NCBI GenBank assembly: GCA_944349635.1
Contig: CALVNH010000003.1
Span: 727 to 64,726 of the forward strand
Length of the DNA stretch: 64,000 nt
From: an uncultured Clostridia bacterium
Lineage (GTDB): Bacteria; Bacillota; Clostridia; Christensenellales; CAG-917
Direction: 5' to 3'
Part shown: positions 1 through 10,396 of the stretch, piece by piece
How the letters are laid out: every line of letters starts with the position of its first letter
How positions within the stretch are numbered: position 1 is the stretch's first letter
Translations under genes and position numbers: made by a program
The notes under the pieces: model-generated
What the model saw: only the letters and a program-made list of their open reading frames with translations
Databases searched by the model: none
What the model was told of the DNA's origin: nothing

Positions 1-103
1 CCTGCGGAGCAATGTCCTTTATGATGACCATGTCGTTGTCCTCGTACACTTTGGTCGAAGGAATTTCGCCTTTGATGATTTTGCAGAAAATGCAGTCGTT
101 CAT
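1..103 (-). CDS. HIT (histidine triad) family protein, N-terminal fragment; the gene runs off the left edge
   Basis: Manual reverse-strand translation from the ATG at 103-101 gives MNDCIFCKIIKGEIPSTKVYEDNDMVIIKDIAPQ, a typical HIT/Hint N-terminus. It is truncated, so it is absent from the ORF track. Confidence 0.7.
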   Translation of the reverse strand, partial: MNDCIFCKIIKGEIPSTKVYEDNDMVIIKDIAPQ

Positions 104-205
104 ATTTACCTCCTGACGTCGCGAAACCTCCCGGGAAAATTTGAAACGTTTGCGAAACGTCTTGCGAATATTTTAATGCAGCCGCCGCAACAATGCAAGC
201 GATTA

Positions 206-1489
206 TCAAACGCGCACTCCGTCGCGGCACAGAGCCGTCGGCACCAGCGTTTCCAAAGCGTTGTGCGCGCCGTAAGTGCTGTAAACTTTGACGTAATTGC
301 GGGAATGTCCGCACCACAGTCCGTCCTCTTTTGTTTCGAAAAGCACTTCCAGCGGCTTTCCTATCTGTGCCAGCGAATACTCTTGCGAGAGTTTCGTCTT
401 CAACGCCGTCATTTCGGCTTGTCTTTCGGAAAGAACCTCGGGCGGGAGAACGGCGAGCTTGCCTGCCACGGTACCCTTTCTCGACGAATACGGAAAGACG
501 TGCATATCCGCAAAACGCATTTTTTCGCAAAAAGCCAGGCTGTTGCGGAATGCCTCATCAGATTCCGTCGGATAACCGACGATTACGTCCGTGGTGATTG
601 CGGCATCGGGGAAAAACTCTCTAATCAAATCGACTTTTTCGGCGTACTGTTTCGTGGTGTAACGGCGGTTCATGTTTTTCAACACATCGTCGTCGCCGCT
701 TTGCAGAGAAAGGTGGAAATGCGGACAGAACTTGTTCATGTTTCTTGCCGCCGACAAGAAATCCGTGTCTATGACGCCCACTTCCAAAGAGCCCAACCTG
801 ACACGCATTTCGGTGCCCTGCAACGCCGTGAGAAGCCCGGTGAGTGACAGACCGATATCCTTGCCGTAAGCCGACAGATTTATGCCCGTAATCACAACTT
901 CCTTTGCCGTGAGTTCCGCATCGGCGATTTCGCGCAAAATACCGCTCAGGCTTCTCGACCTGCTGCGTCCGCGCAGATACGGAACGATGCAATAAGAACA
1001 AAAATTGTTGCAGCCGTCCTGAACTTTGATAAAGTGTCGCGTGCGCGTCGTACGGGCGTTTTTGTATTCTTCGTAGTCTCCCGACGGCTCAAAATCAGAT
1101 GTGACGATTTTGTCAAAAAAGCCGTCGTCATGTGACGCTTTGAGCCTGTAAACCAGCTCTTTTGCCAAATTCAGTTTTCCTCTGGTGCCGGAAACGAACT
1201 TTACTCCGTCCCTTGCGAACTGACTGAAATTGTTTTGCGAAGCGCAACCGCAAACATAAATTTCGGCTTCGGGATTGAGTTTAAGAATCTTTGTCACGGT
1301 CTGACGGGATTTGCGTTCCGCCTCTGCCGTAACCGCGCACGTATTGATTATGTAAACGTCCGCATCCACAAGTCCTTCCGCAACTTCGACACCGCCGTCG
1401 GCAAGTACTGCCGCCATGGAGTCCGAGTCGTATTTGTTGACTTTGCATCCCAATGTGACAATCGTCACCGCGGGTCTGTTTTCAATCAT
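206..1489 (-). CDS. mtaB: tRNA methylthiotransferase, MiaB-like (MtaB type), radical SAM
   Basis: 427-aa ORF with an MTTase N-domain (VTIVTLGCKVNKYDSD) and a radical-SAM CxxxCxxC (CNNFCSYCIVP). It sits after rsmE, as in Firmicutes dnaK loci. Confidence 0.85.
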   Translation of the reverse strand: MIENRPAVTIVTLGCKVNKYDSDSMAAVLADGGVEVAEGLVDADVYIINTCAVTAEAERKSRQTVTKILKLNPEAEIYVCGCASQNNFSQFARDGVKFVSGTRGKLNLAKELVYRLKASHDDGFFDKIVTSDFEPSGDYEEYKNARTTRTRHFIKVQDGCNNFCSYCIVPYLRGRSRSRSLSGILREIADAELTAKEVVITGINLSAYGKDIGLSLTGLLTALQGTEMRVRLGSLEVGVIDTDFLSAARNMNKFCPHFHLSLQSGDDDVLKNMNRRYTTKQYAEKVDLIREFFPDAAITTDVIVGYPTESDEAFRNSLAFCEKMRFADMHVFPYSSRKGTVAGKLAVLPPEVLSERQAEMTALKTKLSQEYSLAQIGKPLEVLFETKEDGLWCGHSRNYVKVYSTYGAHNALETLVPTALCRDGVRV

Positions 1490-2204
1490 AGTCCAGTTCT
1501 CCGAGTGCGTCGAGTGTCAAGGCACAAGCCACGATATCCGCGGTTTCGGCGCGCAGAATGCGCCTGCCCAGCGTAACGATTTTTGCTCCTTGCGCTTCGG
1601 CGCGGTCGCGCTCCTCACGTTTGAAACCGCCTTCGCTTCCGACCACGAGCGCAATTCTGTCGCCTTGAAAATCCACTTGTTTGAGAGCGGTTTTTCTCTC
1701 CTCTTCATAGGCAAAAACGACGGTTGAATAGTCCGGAAATCTTTCGAGCATTTCGTCAAAACCGCATACTTGCTCTATTTTGCTCAGATACACTGCCCCG
1801 CACTGTTTTGCAGATTCCAACGCAATGCGCGAGGCTCTCTCCTCATTGAAACGGGTTTCCGCGGTGTTGGCGGAAACAAACGGAACGATGACGTCCACCC
1901 CGAGTTCCACCGCCTTGCGCACGACCAGGTCCAGATTCTGGTTTTTCAGCACCCCGCAAAAGAGAGTCAGAGATGCACTCTTTCTGTCCACAGTCTCCAC
2001 GCGTTCTACGGTGAGAGTCGCAAAATCATTTTCTATCTTGTTTATTACGCAATGCCGCTCCTTGCCGTCGTTTGCACAGACAATCGCCTTGAAACCTTTT
2101 TTGAGGCGGAGCACCTTGGTCATATGCCGGAACTCGTCGCCGCGTACCGTAATGCTGTCGCCGTCGATGTCCGAGTCGGAAACGAAAAATCTGCGCAGTT
2201 CCAT
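1482..2204 (-). CDS. rsmE: 16S rRNA (uracil1498-N3)-methyltransferase RsmE
   Basis: MELRRFFV...GDEFRHMTKVLRLKKG is a typical RsmE N-terminus. I chose the internal ATG at 2204, which overlaps the prmA stop by 1 nt, over the longer track ORF. Confidence 0.85.
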   Translation of the reverse strand: MELRRFFVSDSDIDGDSITVRGDEFRHMTKVLRLKKGFKAIVCANDGKERHCVINKIENDFATLTVERVETVDRKSASLTLFCGVLKNQNLDLVVRKAVELGVDVIVPFVSANTAETRFNEERASRIALESAKQCGAVYLSKIEQVCGFDEMLERFPDYSTVVFAYEEERKTALKQVDFQGDRIALVVGSEGGFKREERDRAEAQGAKIVTLGRRILRAETADIVACALTLDALGELDYD

Positions 2205-3106
2205 CACTTCCTCCGCAATTTCATTGCGCGCCAGTCCCCGTTCGCCGCACGCGTGATTACGGCATAACCGCATTCCGTATATTTGCGCTCTACTTCTTCG
2301 AGCCTTTCGGCAATGATTCCGGAAAGGATGATTTCGCCGCCGGGCGCAAGATGTCTGCCTATACCGTCGGCAAGGCGCATAAGCACGTCTGCCGTGATGT
2401 TGGCGAAAATCAAATCTGCCGCGCGGTCGCCTTTTAGCAAATCCGCTTGCTCCGTAACGCAGTCCACGCCGTTGAACTCGGCATTTCTGCGGGCAAATTC
2501 CACGGCTTGCGAATCAATATCGCACATGTACACTTCGGTCGCGCCCGTCAGCGCCGCCGCAATGCCCAGAATCCCGCTCCCGCAACCCACGTCGATGACG
2601 CGTTTGCCTTTTGCGTCCATAAGTTCCAGGCACATTCTGGTCGTGGCGTGCTCCCCTGTGCCGAAAGCCATACCGGGGTCGAGGCGCATGACGGTTTCGT
2701 GCTCTTTCGGAGTGTATTTTATCCACGAAGGAACCACGGTGACGTTGGGCGTGACAATAGGTTTGTAATATTTTTTCCATTCGTTCGCCCAATCGGCGTC
2801 GTCAATTTCGTCCACGGTGATTTCTCCGTAACGCACGCCGTATGAAGCAAGCTCCTTCAACCGCTCTTCCAATGCTTTCAAAAAGCAGGCGTTGTCGGCG
2901 GGAACCGTGGTGGTAACCTTGACGTCGTCGCTTGCGGAAAGCAGACTTTCGTCGACGTAGTCCCACACGACGTCGGAACGGAGCAGGTCGGCAAAATCCT
3001 GTTTGTCAAGCACGGAAACGCCTTCCGCGCCCGCGTCGAACATTGCCTGCGACACAAGTTCGGAATCTCCGTGATTGGTAGTTACTGTAACGGATTTGTA
3101 TTTCAT
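2204..3106 (-). CDS. prmA: ribosomal protein L11 methyltransferase PrmA
   Basis: SAM-binding motif VIDVGCGSGILGIAAA and a PrmA-like N-domain. Start set at MKYKSVTV (3106) rather than the upstream in-frame start. Confidence 0.85.
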   Translation of the reverse strand: MKYKSVTVTTNHGDSELVSQAMFDAGAEGVSVLDKQDFADLLRSDVVWDYVDESLLSASDDVKVTTTVPADNACFLKALEERLKELASYGVRYGEITVDEIDDADWANEWKKYYKPIVTPNVTVVPSWIKYTPKEHETVMRLDPGMAFGTGEHATTRMCLELMDAKGKRVIDVGCGSGILGIAAALTGATEVYMCDIDSQAVEFARRNAEFNGVDCVTEQADLLKGDRAADLIFANITADVLMRLADGIGRHLAPGGEIILSGIIAERLEEVERKYTECGYAVITRAANGDWRAMKLRRK

Positions 3107-3162
3107 AACAGACATAAAACGGCGGTTCATCTGTCGTTTCTGGCAAATAAACCGTCGGTTGG

Positions 3163-4326
3163 TCAAAGTTTTTCCTTATATTCTTTTTTGCGGGGGAACT
3201 GCTTGACATCGAAAGCGACGTCCAGTTTGCGGAGCAATTCTTTCTGTTCCCGACTCAGGCTCTTCGGCACTTCGACAACGGCTTTCACGTACAAATCACC
3301 GTTGTCGGAACCGCGCAGTTTCTTTATGCCGCAGTTCTTCAACTTGAATATCGTGCCGTTCTGCGTGCCTTCCGGGATTTTCAGTTCCTGCGGATTTTTG
3401 AGGGTGGGTATCATCACCGTGCATCCCAACGCGGCTTCCGCTATGGTCAAAGGAAGTTCCAGTTGCAAATCGCTGCCGCTGCGTCTGAATATCTTGTGGG
3501 GACGCACCGCGATTTCCACGACCAGAGAACCGCGCTCTCCGCCGTTGCGACCTCCGTTGCCTTCTCCCGCATAGGTGATTGTCTGTCCGTTGTCGATGCC
3601 TGCGGGCACGTTGACGACGATTTCACGCGTGCGCTCCACTCTGCCCTGACCGCCGCAGGACTTGCACACTTCCGTGATGACTTTGCCGCGGCCTTTGCAG
3701 ACGGGACACACTCCCATGGAGCTGAACTGTCCGAACGGAGTTCTCTGCGTGTGCGTGACTTGTCCCGTGCCGTGACAGTTGGTGCAGACCTTGTACGCCT
3801 TTCCGTCCTTGGCACCGGTCCCGTTGCAATCGGCGCACACTTCGATGCGCTTGACGCTTATGGTTTTTTTCGTACCGAAAGCCGCCTCTTCGAAAGTGAG
3901 CGACAGCCCTATTCTTATGTCGCTGCCGCGCTGAGGTCCGTTTGCGCGCGTCTGCGCGCGCCCGCCTCCGAAACCGCTGAAAATGGACGAGAATATGTCG
4001 TCCATATCGAAGCCGAAGCCTCCGGCGCCCTGTCCGCCGAAGCCGCCGAAACCTCCGAATCCTCCGCTTCCGCCCGCACCGGGCGTGGGACCGTTTTCGG
4101 AGCCGTAAGCATCGTATGCGGCGCGCTTGTCTGCGTCGGAAAGAACGTCGTAAGCGTGATTGATTTCCTTGAATTTTTCCTCGGCGTTTTTACGTTCCGC
4201 TTCGCTTGCGGACGTATAAAGGTCGGGGTGATATTTCTTTGCGAGTTTTCTGTACGCCGACTTCAATTCGTCGTTGGTAGCCTTTTTGTCGACGCCCAGA
4301 ATCTCGTAATAGTCCTTGTCTGCCAT
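3163..4326 (-). CDS. dnaJ: molecular chaperone DnaJ
   Basis: J-domain DYYEILGV...KYHPD, a G/F-rich linker and four CxxCxG zinc-finger repeats. Start at [12 protein letters not shown]. Confidence 0.95.
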   Translation of the reverse strand: MADKDYYEILGVDKKATNDELKSAYRKLAKKYHPDLYTSASEAERKNAEEKFKEINHAYDVLSDADKRAAYDAYGSENGPTPGAGGSGGFGGFGGFGGQGAGGFGFDMDDIFSSIFSGFGGGRAQTRANGPQRGSDIRIGLSLTFEEAAFGTKKTISVKRIEVCADCNGTGAKDGKAYKVCTNCHGTGQVTHTQRTPFGQFSSMGVCPVCKGRGKVITEVCKSCGGQGRVERTREIVVNVPAGIDNGQTITYAGEGNGGRNGGERGSLVVEIAVRPHKIFRRSGSDLQLELPLTIAEAALGCTVMIPTLKNPQELKIPEGTQNGTIFKLKNCGIKKLRGSDNGDLYVKAVVEVPKSLSREQKELLRKLDVAFDVKQFPRKKEYKEKL

Positions 4327-4356
4327 GTTCCGTGCCTTGATTCTATGTTTGTTTAT

Positions 4357-4431
4357 GCCGAAGCGCACCGCGCTTCGGCAAATATGTACGGCTTTTATTT
4401 GCCGAAAGCGGAACGCGTCGCCGCGTTCCGC
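4357..4431 (-). other. two stable intercistronic hairpins between dnaK and dnaJ (possible attenuator or processing structures)
   Basis: On the minus strand: GCGGAACGC-loop-GCGTTCCGC followed by TTTCGG, and GCCGAAGCGC-GGT-GCGCTTCGGC. Read directly from the sequence. Confidence 0.5.
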
Positions 4432-4444
4432 CGGGTGTTATGCG

Positions 4445-6322
4445 TCAGTCTTCCCAACCGCCTTCGGGAGGCGTCATGTTGTCGTCGTTGACGACTCCGT
4501 CTCCGCCGCCGAAACCGCCTGCGTTACCTGCTGCGTTGGGGTCGAAGCCCGCCTGCCTTGCAGCCTCTGCCGCCGCCTCGGGGTTCTCCTGATAGAACTT
4601 CGTGAAGATGGGGTCGGACACTTTGCTGAGTTTTGCGACGGCCTCTTTGACGGCGTCTTCCGTTTCTGCCTTTTCCACACTCTCGCGCGCTTCCTTGATT
4701 GCGTCTTTGAGCGCGGTCTTGTCGGACTCGGAAATCTTGTCGCCGTTGTCGCTCTCGAACTTCTCCATCACAAAGATGAGCTGTTCCGCGTTGTTCTTCG
4801 CATCGACGAGGTTCTTGCGCTTCTCGTCCTCTTCGGCATATCTTTCCGCGTCTTTGATTGCCGCGTCGATGTCGGATTCGGAAAGATTGCTGGAAGCGGT
4901 GATGGTGATGGACTGAGACTTGTTGGTGCCCTTGTCCACAGCTTTGACGGAAACTATGCCGTTTGCGTCGATGTCGAACGTAACTTCGATTTGCGGCACT
5001 CCGCGAGGTGCGGGAGCAATGCCGACGAGTTCGAACCTGCCCAAAGTCTTGTTGTCGCGTGCGAACTTTCTCTCACCCTGCAACACGTGAATGTCGACGG
5101 AGGTCTGATGGTCTGCCGCGGTGGAGAAAATCTGCGACTTGCTGGTAGGAATGGTGGTGTTGCGGTCAATGAGTTTCGTGAACACGCCGCCCAGGGTCTC
5201 GATACCGAGGGACAGAGGCGTGACGTCGAGCAACAGCATATCCTTGACCTCGCCGGCAAGCACGCCTGCCTGAATTGCCGCGCCGATTGCGACGCATTCG
5301 TCGGGGTTGATTCCCTTGTAGGGGTCTTTGCCGATGAGTTTCTTGACGGCGTCGTACACGGCGGGAATACGGGTGGAACCGCCCACCATGATGACTTTCG
5401 CGATGTCGTTTACGCCCAGTCCTGCGTCTTTGAGCGCCTGTTGAGTGGGAATGATTGTCTTCTGCACGAGGTCTTCGGTCAGCGCGTCGAACTTGGCTCT
5501 GGTGAGGTCGAGGTCGAGGTGCTTCGGAGCTCCGTTTGCCATAGTGATGAACGGCAGGGAGATTTTGGCTTTGGTGACGCCGGACAAGTCGATTTTGGCT
5601 TTTTCCGCCGCCTCTTTGATTCTCTGCATCGCCATCTTGTCGCCGGAGAGGTCAATGCCTTCCGCCGCTTTGAATTCGCCGACAATCCAGTCCATTATTC
5701 TCTTGTCGAAGTCATCGCCGCCCAGACGGTTGTTGCCGGACGTTGCAAGCACTTCGAACACGCCGTCGCCCAGTTCCAGCACGGAAACGTCGAACGTGCC
5801 GCCGCCAAGGTCGAAGATGAGGACTTTCTGTTGTTTGTTCTCGTCCTTGTCGATGCCGTAAGCAAGCGCCGCCGCCGTAGGCTCGTTGATGATGCGCTTG
5901 ACGTCGAGACCCGCGATTTTACCCGCATCCTTGGTCGCCTGTCTTTGCGAATCGCTGAAATATGCGGGAACGGTGATGACCGCTTCGGTGACTTTCTCTC
6001 CGAGATACTTTTCCGCGTCGTTTTTGAGTTTGGTCAGTATCATCGCGGAAATTTCCTGCGGGGTGTACTCTTTCCCCTCGATTTTGACTTTGTGATTGCT
6101 GCCCATCTCTCTCTTTATCGAGATGACGGTGTGTTCGGGGTTGGCAACCGCCTGTCTTTTGGCGATTTCGCCCACGAGTCTTTCGCCGTCTTTCGTGAAC
6201 GCGACGACGGAAGGAGTTGTGCGCATACCCTCCGCATTGGGGATGACGACGGGTTCGCCGCCTTCCATGACGGCGACGCACGAGTTGGTTGTTCCGAGGT
6301 CTATACCTATAATTTTACCCAT
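4445..6322 (-). CDS. dnaK: molecular chaperone DnaK (Hsp70)
   Basis: 625 aa with [17 protein letters not shown] and a full Hsp70 architecture. Confidence 0.98.
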   Translation of the reverse strand: MGKIIGIDLGTTNSCVAVMEGGEPVVIPNAEGMRTTPSVVAFTKDGERLVGEIAKRQAVANPEHTVISIKREMGSNHKVKIEGKEYTPQEISAMILTKLKNDAEKYLGEKVTEAVITVPAYFSDSQRQATKDAGKIAGLDVKRIINEPTAAALAYGIDKDENKQQKVLIFDLGGGTFDVSVLELGDGVFEVLATSGNNRLGGDDFDKRIMDWIVGEFKAAEGIDLSGDKMAMQRIKEAAEKAKIDLSGVTKAKISLPFITMANGAPKHLDLDLTRAKFDALTEDLVQKTIIPTQQALKDAGLGVNDIAKVIMVGGSTRIPAVYDAVKKLIGKDPYKGINPDECVAIGAAIQAGVLAGEVKDMLLLDVTPLSLGIETLGGVFTKLIDRNTTIPTSKSQIFSTAADHQTSVDIHVLQGERKFARDNKTLGRFELVGIAPAPRGVPQIEVTFDIDANGIVSVKAVDKGTNKSQSITITASSNLSESDIDAAIKDAERYAEEDEKRKNLVDAKNNAEQLIFVMEKFESDNGDKISESDKTALKDAIKEARESVEKAETEDAVKEAVAKLSKVSDPIFTKFYQENPEAAAEAARQAGFDPNAAGNAGGFGGGDGVVNDDNMTPPEGGWED

Positions 6323-6380
6323 AGTTGTTCTCCTTGTATTAAACTTTGTTACCGCGCGGTTTCCCGAACGGTCGATTTCC

Positions 6381-6965
6381 TTAATAACCTACTTTGACGC
6401 TTGCGGGACGCAAAACCTTTCCGTTCAGCTTGTACCCTTTCGCGACTACGGCGGTCACTTTGCCCTCGTTTCCTTCGGACTTTTCTCTTTCCACCGCCGA
6501 CATCGTGTTTGCGTCGAATTCGCACCCTTCGGCTTTGATTTCTTCCAACCCGAAGGATTCCAGCGCGCCGACAATCTGCGTTTCCATCATGTTGAAACCG
6601 GTAAGCGCGGCTTCGTCCGTGAGATACTTTCTTGCCAAATCGCAGTTGTCGAGCACGGTAAGCATCTTTTCGACCACCATAGCCTTGCCCAACGATTTCA
6701 TCTCTTCTGCAAGAGTCGCGTTGCGCTTGCGGTAATTGTCGAAATCCGCCTGCAGCCTCATTGCTATGTTCCTCGCGGAAACGCTCTCCGCCATGCACAG
6801 ACCGATGCGCTCCTCGAGAGCTTCGATGTATTTGTCGTCTCCCATTTCCTCACGGTCGAGGGGCGGCAACGCGCTTTCGCCGTTGACTGCGTTCTCTTTG
6901 CGTTCGGATGAAGAGGTTTGCTCTATTTTGGTTTCTCTTGAATCTTTGATATCTTTGTTTTTCAT
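6381..6965 (-). CDS. grpE: nucleotide exchange factor GrpE
   Basis: 194 aa with a GrpE-like coiled coil plus beta domain (DFDNYRKR motif), located between hrcA and dnaK. Confidence 0.9.
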   Translation of the reverse strand: MKNKDIKDSRETKIEQTSSSERKENAVNGESALPPLDREEMGDDKYIEALEERIGLCMAESVSARNIAMRLQADFDNYRKRNATLAEEMKSLGKAMVVEKMLTVLDNCDLARKYLTDEAALTGFNMMETQIVGALESFGLEEIKAEGCEFDANTMSAVEREKSEGNEGKVTAVVAKGYKLNGKVLRPASVKVGY

Positions 6966-8011
6966 TATTTGTCGTCCTTGTCGCCGTCCAGCACGGCTCC
7001 CAACGCTTTTTTCATATAGTCCAGCACGCCGATGACTTTTTTGTAGTCCATTCTTTCGGGGCCGATGACACCGGCTTTACCGACTATCTCGTCGCCCACT
7101 CTGTAAGCGGCAGTGATAATAGCGCACTTGTCGACACCGCTGTCCTCCTTTCCAATCCTGACGGAAAACTCTATGCTGTCCTCCGTGTCGGACAAAAGCT
7201 CCGAAACGCTGTTGTGGTCGGAAATGACGGCGAGAAAGTTTTTGGCGTCCTCTACGTTGTTGTATTCGGGATAATCCAGCATTTTCAGCGCGCCTTCCAC
7301 GACGACGTCGTCGCGATGCTCCGCCATATAGCTCTGAATTATCGTAATCACGGCGTCGAATATGTCGCGGAATCCGTCCAACTCCTCCCTGATTTCTCCG
7401 TCAAGGTCGATGGCTTCGAGTTCGCATATCATTCTGCCGCCGAACACTTTGTTGAGCAGACGCGTTGCGGTGTCCACGTATTCCTGACGAAGATTCCCGT
7501 CGAGGTCAATCGTCTTGTCGGAAATGATGCCGTGGTCGGTCACTATGAGTACCAGTCCCTTGCCGTTTTTCAAAGGCACCAGCTTGATTTCCTCAATCAT
7601 CACGTTGACGTTGCAGTTGCTGACGAAAAACGAAGTGTAATTCGTCACGTCGCTGATTATCTCCGCGGCACGTCTGGAAATGTCTTTTACTTCGTCCAGC
7701 TTTTCGGTGAAACGGTTTCTGATAAAGGCGGTTTCCGCGTCCGTCAGAGCCTTGTCGCGGCTGGCGTCGATGTCGCCCACATACAGCTGATAGGCGGGTT
7801 TGAGCGGCACCCTGCCTGCGGAAGTGTGAGGCTGCTCCACAAAGCCAAGAGCTTCCAGTGCGCTGAGCTCCGCCCTGATTGTCGCGGAACTGACTTCGGG
7901 CATATACTTGCTCTGAATGTCGGCACTGGACACAGGCTGTCCCGTCGCGATGTAAACGTCGACGAGCGCGTGCAGTATCTTCTTTTTTCTTTCGCTCAAC
8001 TCCTTGCTCAT
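6965..8011 (-). CDS. hrcA: heat-inducible transcription repressor HrcA
   Basis: MSKELSERKKKILHALVDVYIATGQPVSS is a winged-helix HrcA N-terminus. Start set at 8011 so the CIRCE operator lies upstream rather than inside the gene. Confidence 0.9.
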   Translation of the reverse strand: MSKELSERKKKILHALVDVYIATGQPVSSADIQSKYMPEVSSATIRAELSALEALGFVEQPHTSAGRVPLKPAYQLYVGDIDASRDKALTDAETAFIRNRFTEKLDEVKDISRRAAEIISDVTNYTSFFVSNCNVNVMIEEIKLVPLKNGKGLVLIVTDHGIISDKTIDLDGNLRQEYVDTATRLLNKVFGGRMICELEAIDLDGEIREELDGFRDIFDAVITIIQSYMAEHRDDVVVEGALKMLDYPEYNNVEDAKNFLAVISDHNSVSELLSDTEDSIEFSVRIGKEDSGVDKCAIITAAYRVGDEIVGKAGVIGPERMDYKKVIGVLDYMKKALGAVLDGDKDDK

Positions 8012-8043
8012 TTTGACCTCACACATCGGAAAACAGCTGTTTG

Positions 8044-8070
8044 CTAGCACTCTTCCGCATTGACTGCTAA
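8044..8070. promoter_or_regulatory. CIRCE operator (HrcA binding site)
   Basis: CTAGCACTC-N9-GACTGCTAA, versus the consensus TTAGCACTC-N9-GAGTGCTAA. It lies directly between the predicted promoter and the hrcA start. Confidence 0.85.
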
Positions 8071-8071
8071 C

Positions 8072-8100
8072 AGTATATTTCTATGTCTGCCAAATGTCAA
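8072..8100 (-). promoter_or_regulatory. sigma-A type promoter of the hrcA-grpE-dnaK-dnaJ operon
   Basis: Minus strand reads TTGACA-17 nt-TATACT immediately upstream of CIRCE. Confidence 0.65.
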
Positions 8101-8352
8101 TAGTTTACGCCAAAAAATTTAAAAAATTTCAAAATGCCGTTCCCGACTCTTTCTCCGACGATTTTCGCCCGTATCAGTTAAAAACGAATTAAACTTATAA
8201 ATCTGTCCGAAAATTTCGCGAACGCGTGCGCTCTTCTCTCAATCACTCGGTTGCACGACTTATTGCCGCGACAACCGCAACGACAAGTCCGTACCGCAAA
8301 GACACGGTCGAACGACGGTTTTGAAACAGTTCGTTTAACCCGCGCGCCCGTA

Positions 8353-8381
8353 TTTACACCGAAATTTTTTTGCTATATAAT
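8353..8381 (+). promoter_or_regulatory. promoter of the DUF3784 gene
   Basis: TTTACA-17 nt-TATAAT. The -10 element ends 6 nt before the ATG at 8388. Confidence 0.5.
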
Positions 8382-8387
8382 TATACT

Positions 8388-8849
8388 ATGGAACTGAACG
8401 ATGTTTTTGCTCTGCTGACGACCTGCATCGTGGGATTGACTCTCACGATTATATGCATAGTGCTGCTCTGCGGCAAAGGTGCCATGCTGATTGCGGGTTT
8501 CAATACCATGCCCGAAAAAGAGCGCAAGAAATACGACGCGAAAGCGCTTTGCAGATTTGTCGGCGGAATGCTGCTCCCCGTGGGACTGACGGTTCCCGCG
8601 TTTTTCCTGGGCGGCTATTACGGTTTGCCGTGGCTTATATATTCCGTCGTGGGATTAGACGTCTTTCTTCTGGTTTTTATGTTGATATACGCCAACACAG
8701 GCAACCGTTTCAAAAAAATGCCCTCGGAGGAGAACTCCGCAGAACACCCCGAACTGCGGCTCACCGACGGCGCTGCCGATGCAAAGGACGAAGAAACAGA
8801 GGACAACAACGTCACCCACGACGACGTGAACCTTCCCGACGACAAATAA
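8388..8849 (+). CDS. DUF3784-like small membrane protein
   Basis: Contains GKGAMLIAGFNTMPEKERKKYDAKALCRFVG flanked by TM helices, the pattern I associate with DUF3784, plus an acidic C-terminal tail. Confidence 0.7.
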   Translation: MELNDVFALLTTCIVGLTLTIICIVLLCGKGAMLIAGFNTMPEKERKKYDAKALCRFVGGMLLPVGLTVPAFFLGGYYGLPWLIYSVVGLDVFLLVFMLIYANTGNRFKKMPSEENSAEHPELRLTDGAADAKDEETEDNNVTHDDVNLPDDK

Positions 8850-9023
8850 GACCTCAACGGCATTTCCCCGCACACCCGACCGACGGCAACATTGCCCGAG
8901 GCGCGACGTCAGGCACGAATCCGCTCTTAAACAGACTTTCCGAAATTAACCGCTTTTTTGCAAATCCGCTTCCCTTCGGGGTTCCGTTAAGCATCATTTC
9001 AAAGCAAGAATGCTTTGCAAGGT

Positions 9024-9054
9024 AAAAAAAAGCCCACTCGTTTGAGTGGGTTTT
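9024..9054. terminator. bidirectional Rho-independent terminator (tRNA-Thr on the minus strand, DUF3784 gene on the plus strand)
   Basis: Stem CCCACTC/GAGTGGG with loop GTTT, flanked by an A-run on one side and a T-run on the other. Confidence 0.65.
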
Positions 9055-9130
9055 TGGAGCTGGCGGGCGGATTCGAACCGCCGACCTATTCATTACGAGT
9101 GAATCGCTCTGCCTGCTGAGCCACACCAGC
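9055..9130 (-). tRNA. tRNA-Thr (anticodon CGT)
   Basis: Reverse complement folds manually as a cloverleaf: acceptor GCTGGTG/CGCCAGC, anticodon arm ATTCA-CTCGTAA-TGAAT, T-arm GGCGG-TTCGAAT-CCGCC, encoded CCA. Confidence 0.9.
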
Positions 9131-9143
9131 AACTGTATGAGCG

Positions 9144-9172
9144 ATTATAGCAAAGCCGCAAAAAAATTGCAA
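9144..9172 (-). promoter_or_regulatory. promoter of tRNA-Thr
   Basis: Minus strand reads TTGCAA-17 nt-TATAAT, ending 13 nt before the tRNA 5' end. Confidence 0.65.
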
Positions 9173-9324
9173 CTGCTTTCACGCAAAAAATCCTCAAATA
9201 CACGACACGCGGTCAAGAATGTCCGACGGTGCATTCGGACAGACTCGGAAGCTCCGACGGAAAACGCGCGTTCACGTCTTGTCCGCAAACCGCCCGTAGG
9301 CTTTTCGCGCCGGGCTCCGCACGT

Positions 9325-10365
9325 TTATTGCGCTTGCGACCGCGCTCCTTTCAGAATGTCGTAACAAACGTCGGGCTTGTCCGACATCACGCAATCCGCC
9401 CCGATAGAATTCAGAAAAGCGATGTCTTCCGCGTCGTTAACCGTCCAGTACTGAACGGCGATGTTGTACTTGTGGGCGTATTCGATGAGTCCTTTTTTAC
9501 CGAGAAAGGTTATCCCGTCGATGTAGGGAATTTGCAACGCACAGTATCCAACGTCGCGCTTGCTCAAATCGGCGTCGGTGAGATAGGCAAACCAGAAGTC
9601 AAGCACCTCACATATAGAGGAAGAACGCAGCATATCGGGATAATTTTTGTCAACGTACGTCGTTATGTCCTGATTGAAGGTCCCGAAAACCACGTCGGGC
9701 AACAATTCGTACTCCGAAAGCGTGGCATAAAGAATGTCCGCGGCTTTTTTGCCCTCTTTGCCTTTGTTTTTGATTTCGATGATGTAACGGAACTTCCCGT
9801 ATTCTTCGGGGACGGCTTCCGCAACCTCGGCGCTCCTCATGTAATCCAGCACCTGTTCCAGAGTGCATATTCTCAGATTCTGCGCGTCGATTTCCTCTTC
9901 GGTGAGATTTCGGAAAGGATACTCACCGTTCAACTCGAAATTATAGCCCATATTAAGACGAAGCAATTCTTCCAGAGTATAATCCTCCGGGCGCGCCTCG
10001 TCGTTGCCGAAAACTTCCGTTGCGTTGGAGGTGCGGTTCAACGTGTGGTCGTGCAAAAGCACGAGGCGATTGTCTTTGGTGATATGCAAATCGAACTCCC
10101 AGATGTCCACCGTGTAGCCGCCCGTCTTTGCCTCCTCTATTCCGAGCATGAAAGCGTTCAGCGTGTTTTCGGGAGCGACTATACTGCCCGCCCTGTGCGC
10201 TGAAACCATAGCCGTGCCGTCCGCGATGTAGGGATTGACCGCTCCGTCGAAATAGTTTTTTTCGACGGGACAGTCCGAAATGGCGATTACACAACACGCA
10301 ACGCCGAATATCAACACAAACAGCCCTGCAAAAACGCCCAACAATACCTTGTATTTTTTCTTCAT
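9325..10365 (-). CDS. glycerophosphodiester phosphodiesterase (GDPD family), N-terminally membrane anchored
   Basis: N-terminal TM helix, then SAHRAG...APENT and LLHDHTLNRTSN GDPD motifs. Confidence 0.85.
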   Translation of the reverse strand: MKKKYKVLLGVFAGLFVLIFGVACCVIAISDCPVEKNYFDGAVNPYIADGTAMVSAHRAGSIVAPENTLNAFMLGIEEAKTGGYTVDIWEFDLHITKDNRLVLLHDHTLNRTSNATEVFGNDEARPEDYTLEELLRLNMGYNFELNGEYPFRNLTEEEIDAQNLRICTLEQVLDYMRSAEVAEAVPEEYGKFRYIIEIKNKGKEGKKAADILYATLSEYELLPDVVFGTFNQDITTYVDKNYPDMLRSSSICEVLDFWFAYLTDADLSKRDVGYCALQIPYIDGITFLGKKGLIEYAHKYNIAVQYWTVNDAEDIAFLNSIGADCVMSDKPDVCYDILKGARSQAQ

Positions 10366-10396
10366 ATCGTTTGACTCCCGTAGGTAGGCCGCGCTG

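Noticed and set aside
4316-6397. 693-aa plus-strand ORF antisense to dnaK
   Set aside because: It mirrors dnaK exactly and has a low-complexity R/G/V/F/D-rich composition, with no ribosome-binding site and no recognisable motifs. Long stop-free antisense frames opposite Hsp70 genes are a known codon-bias artefact. The dnaK call on the minus strand is unambiguous.
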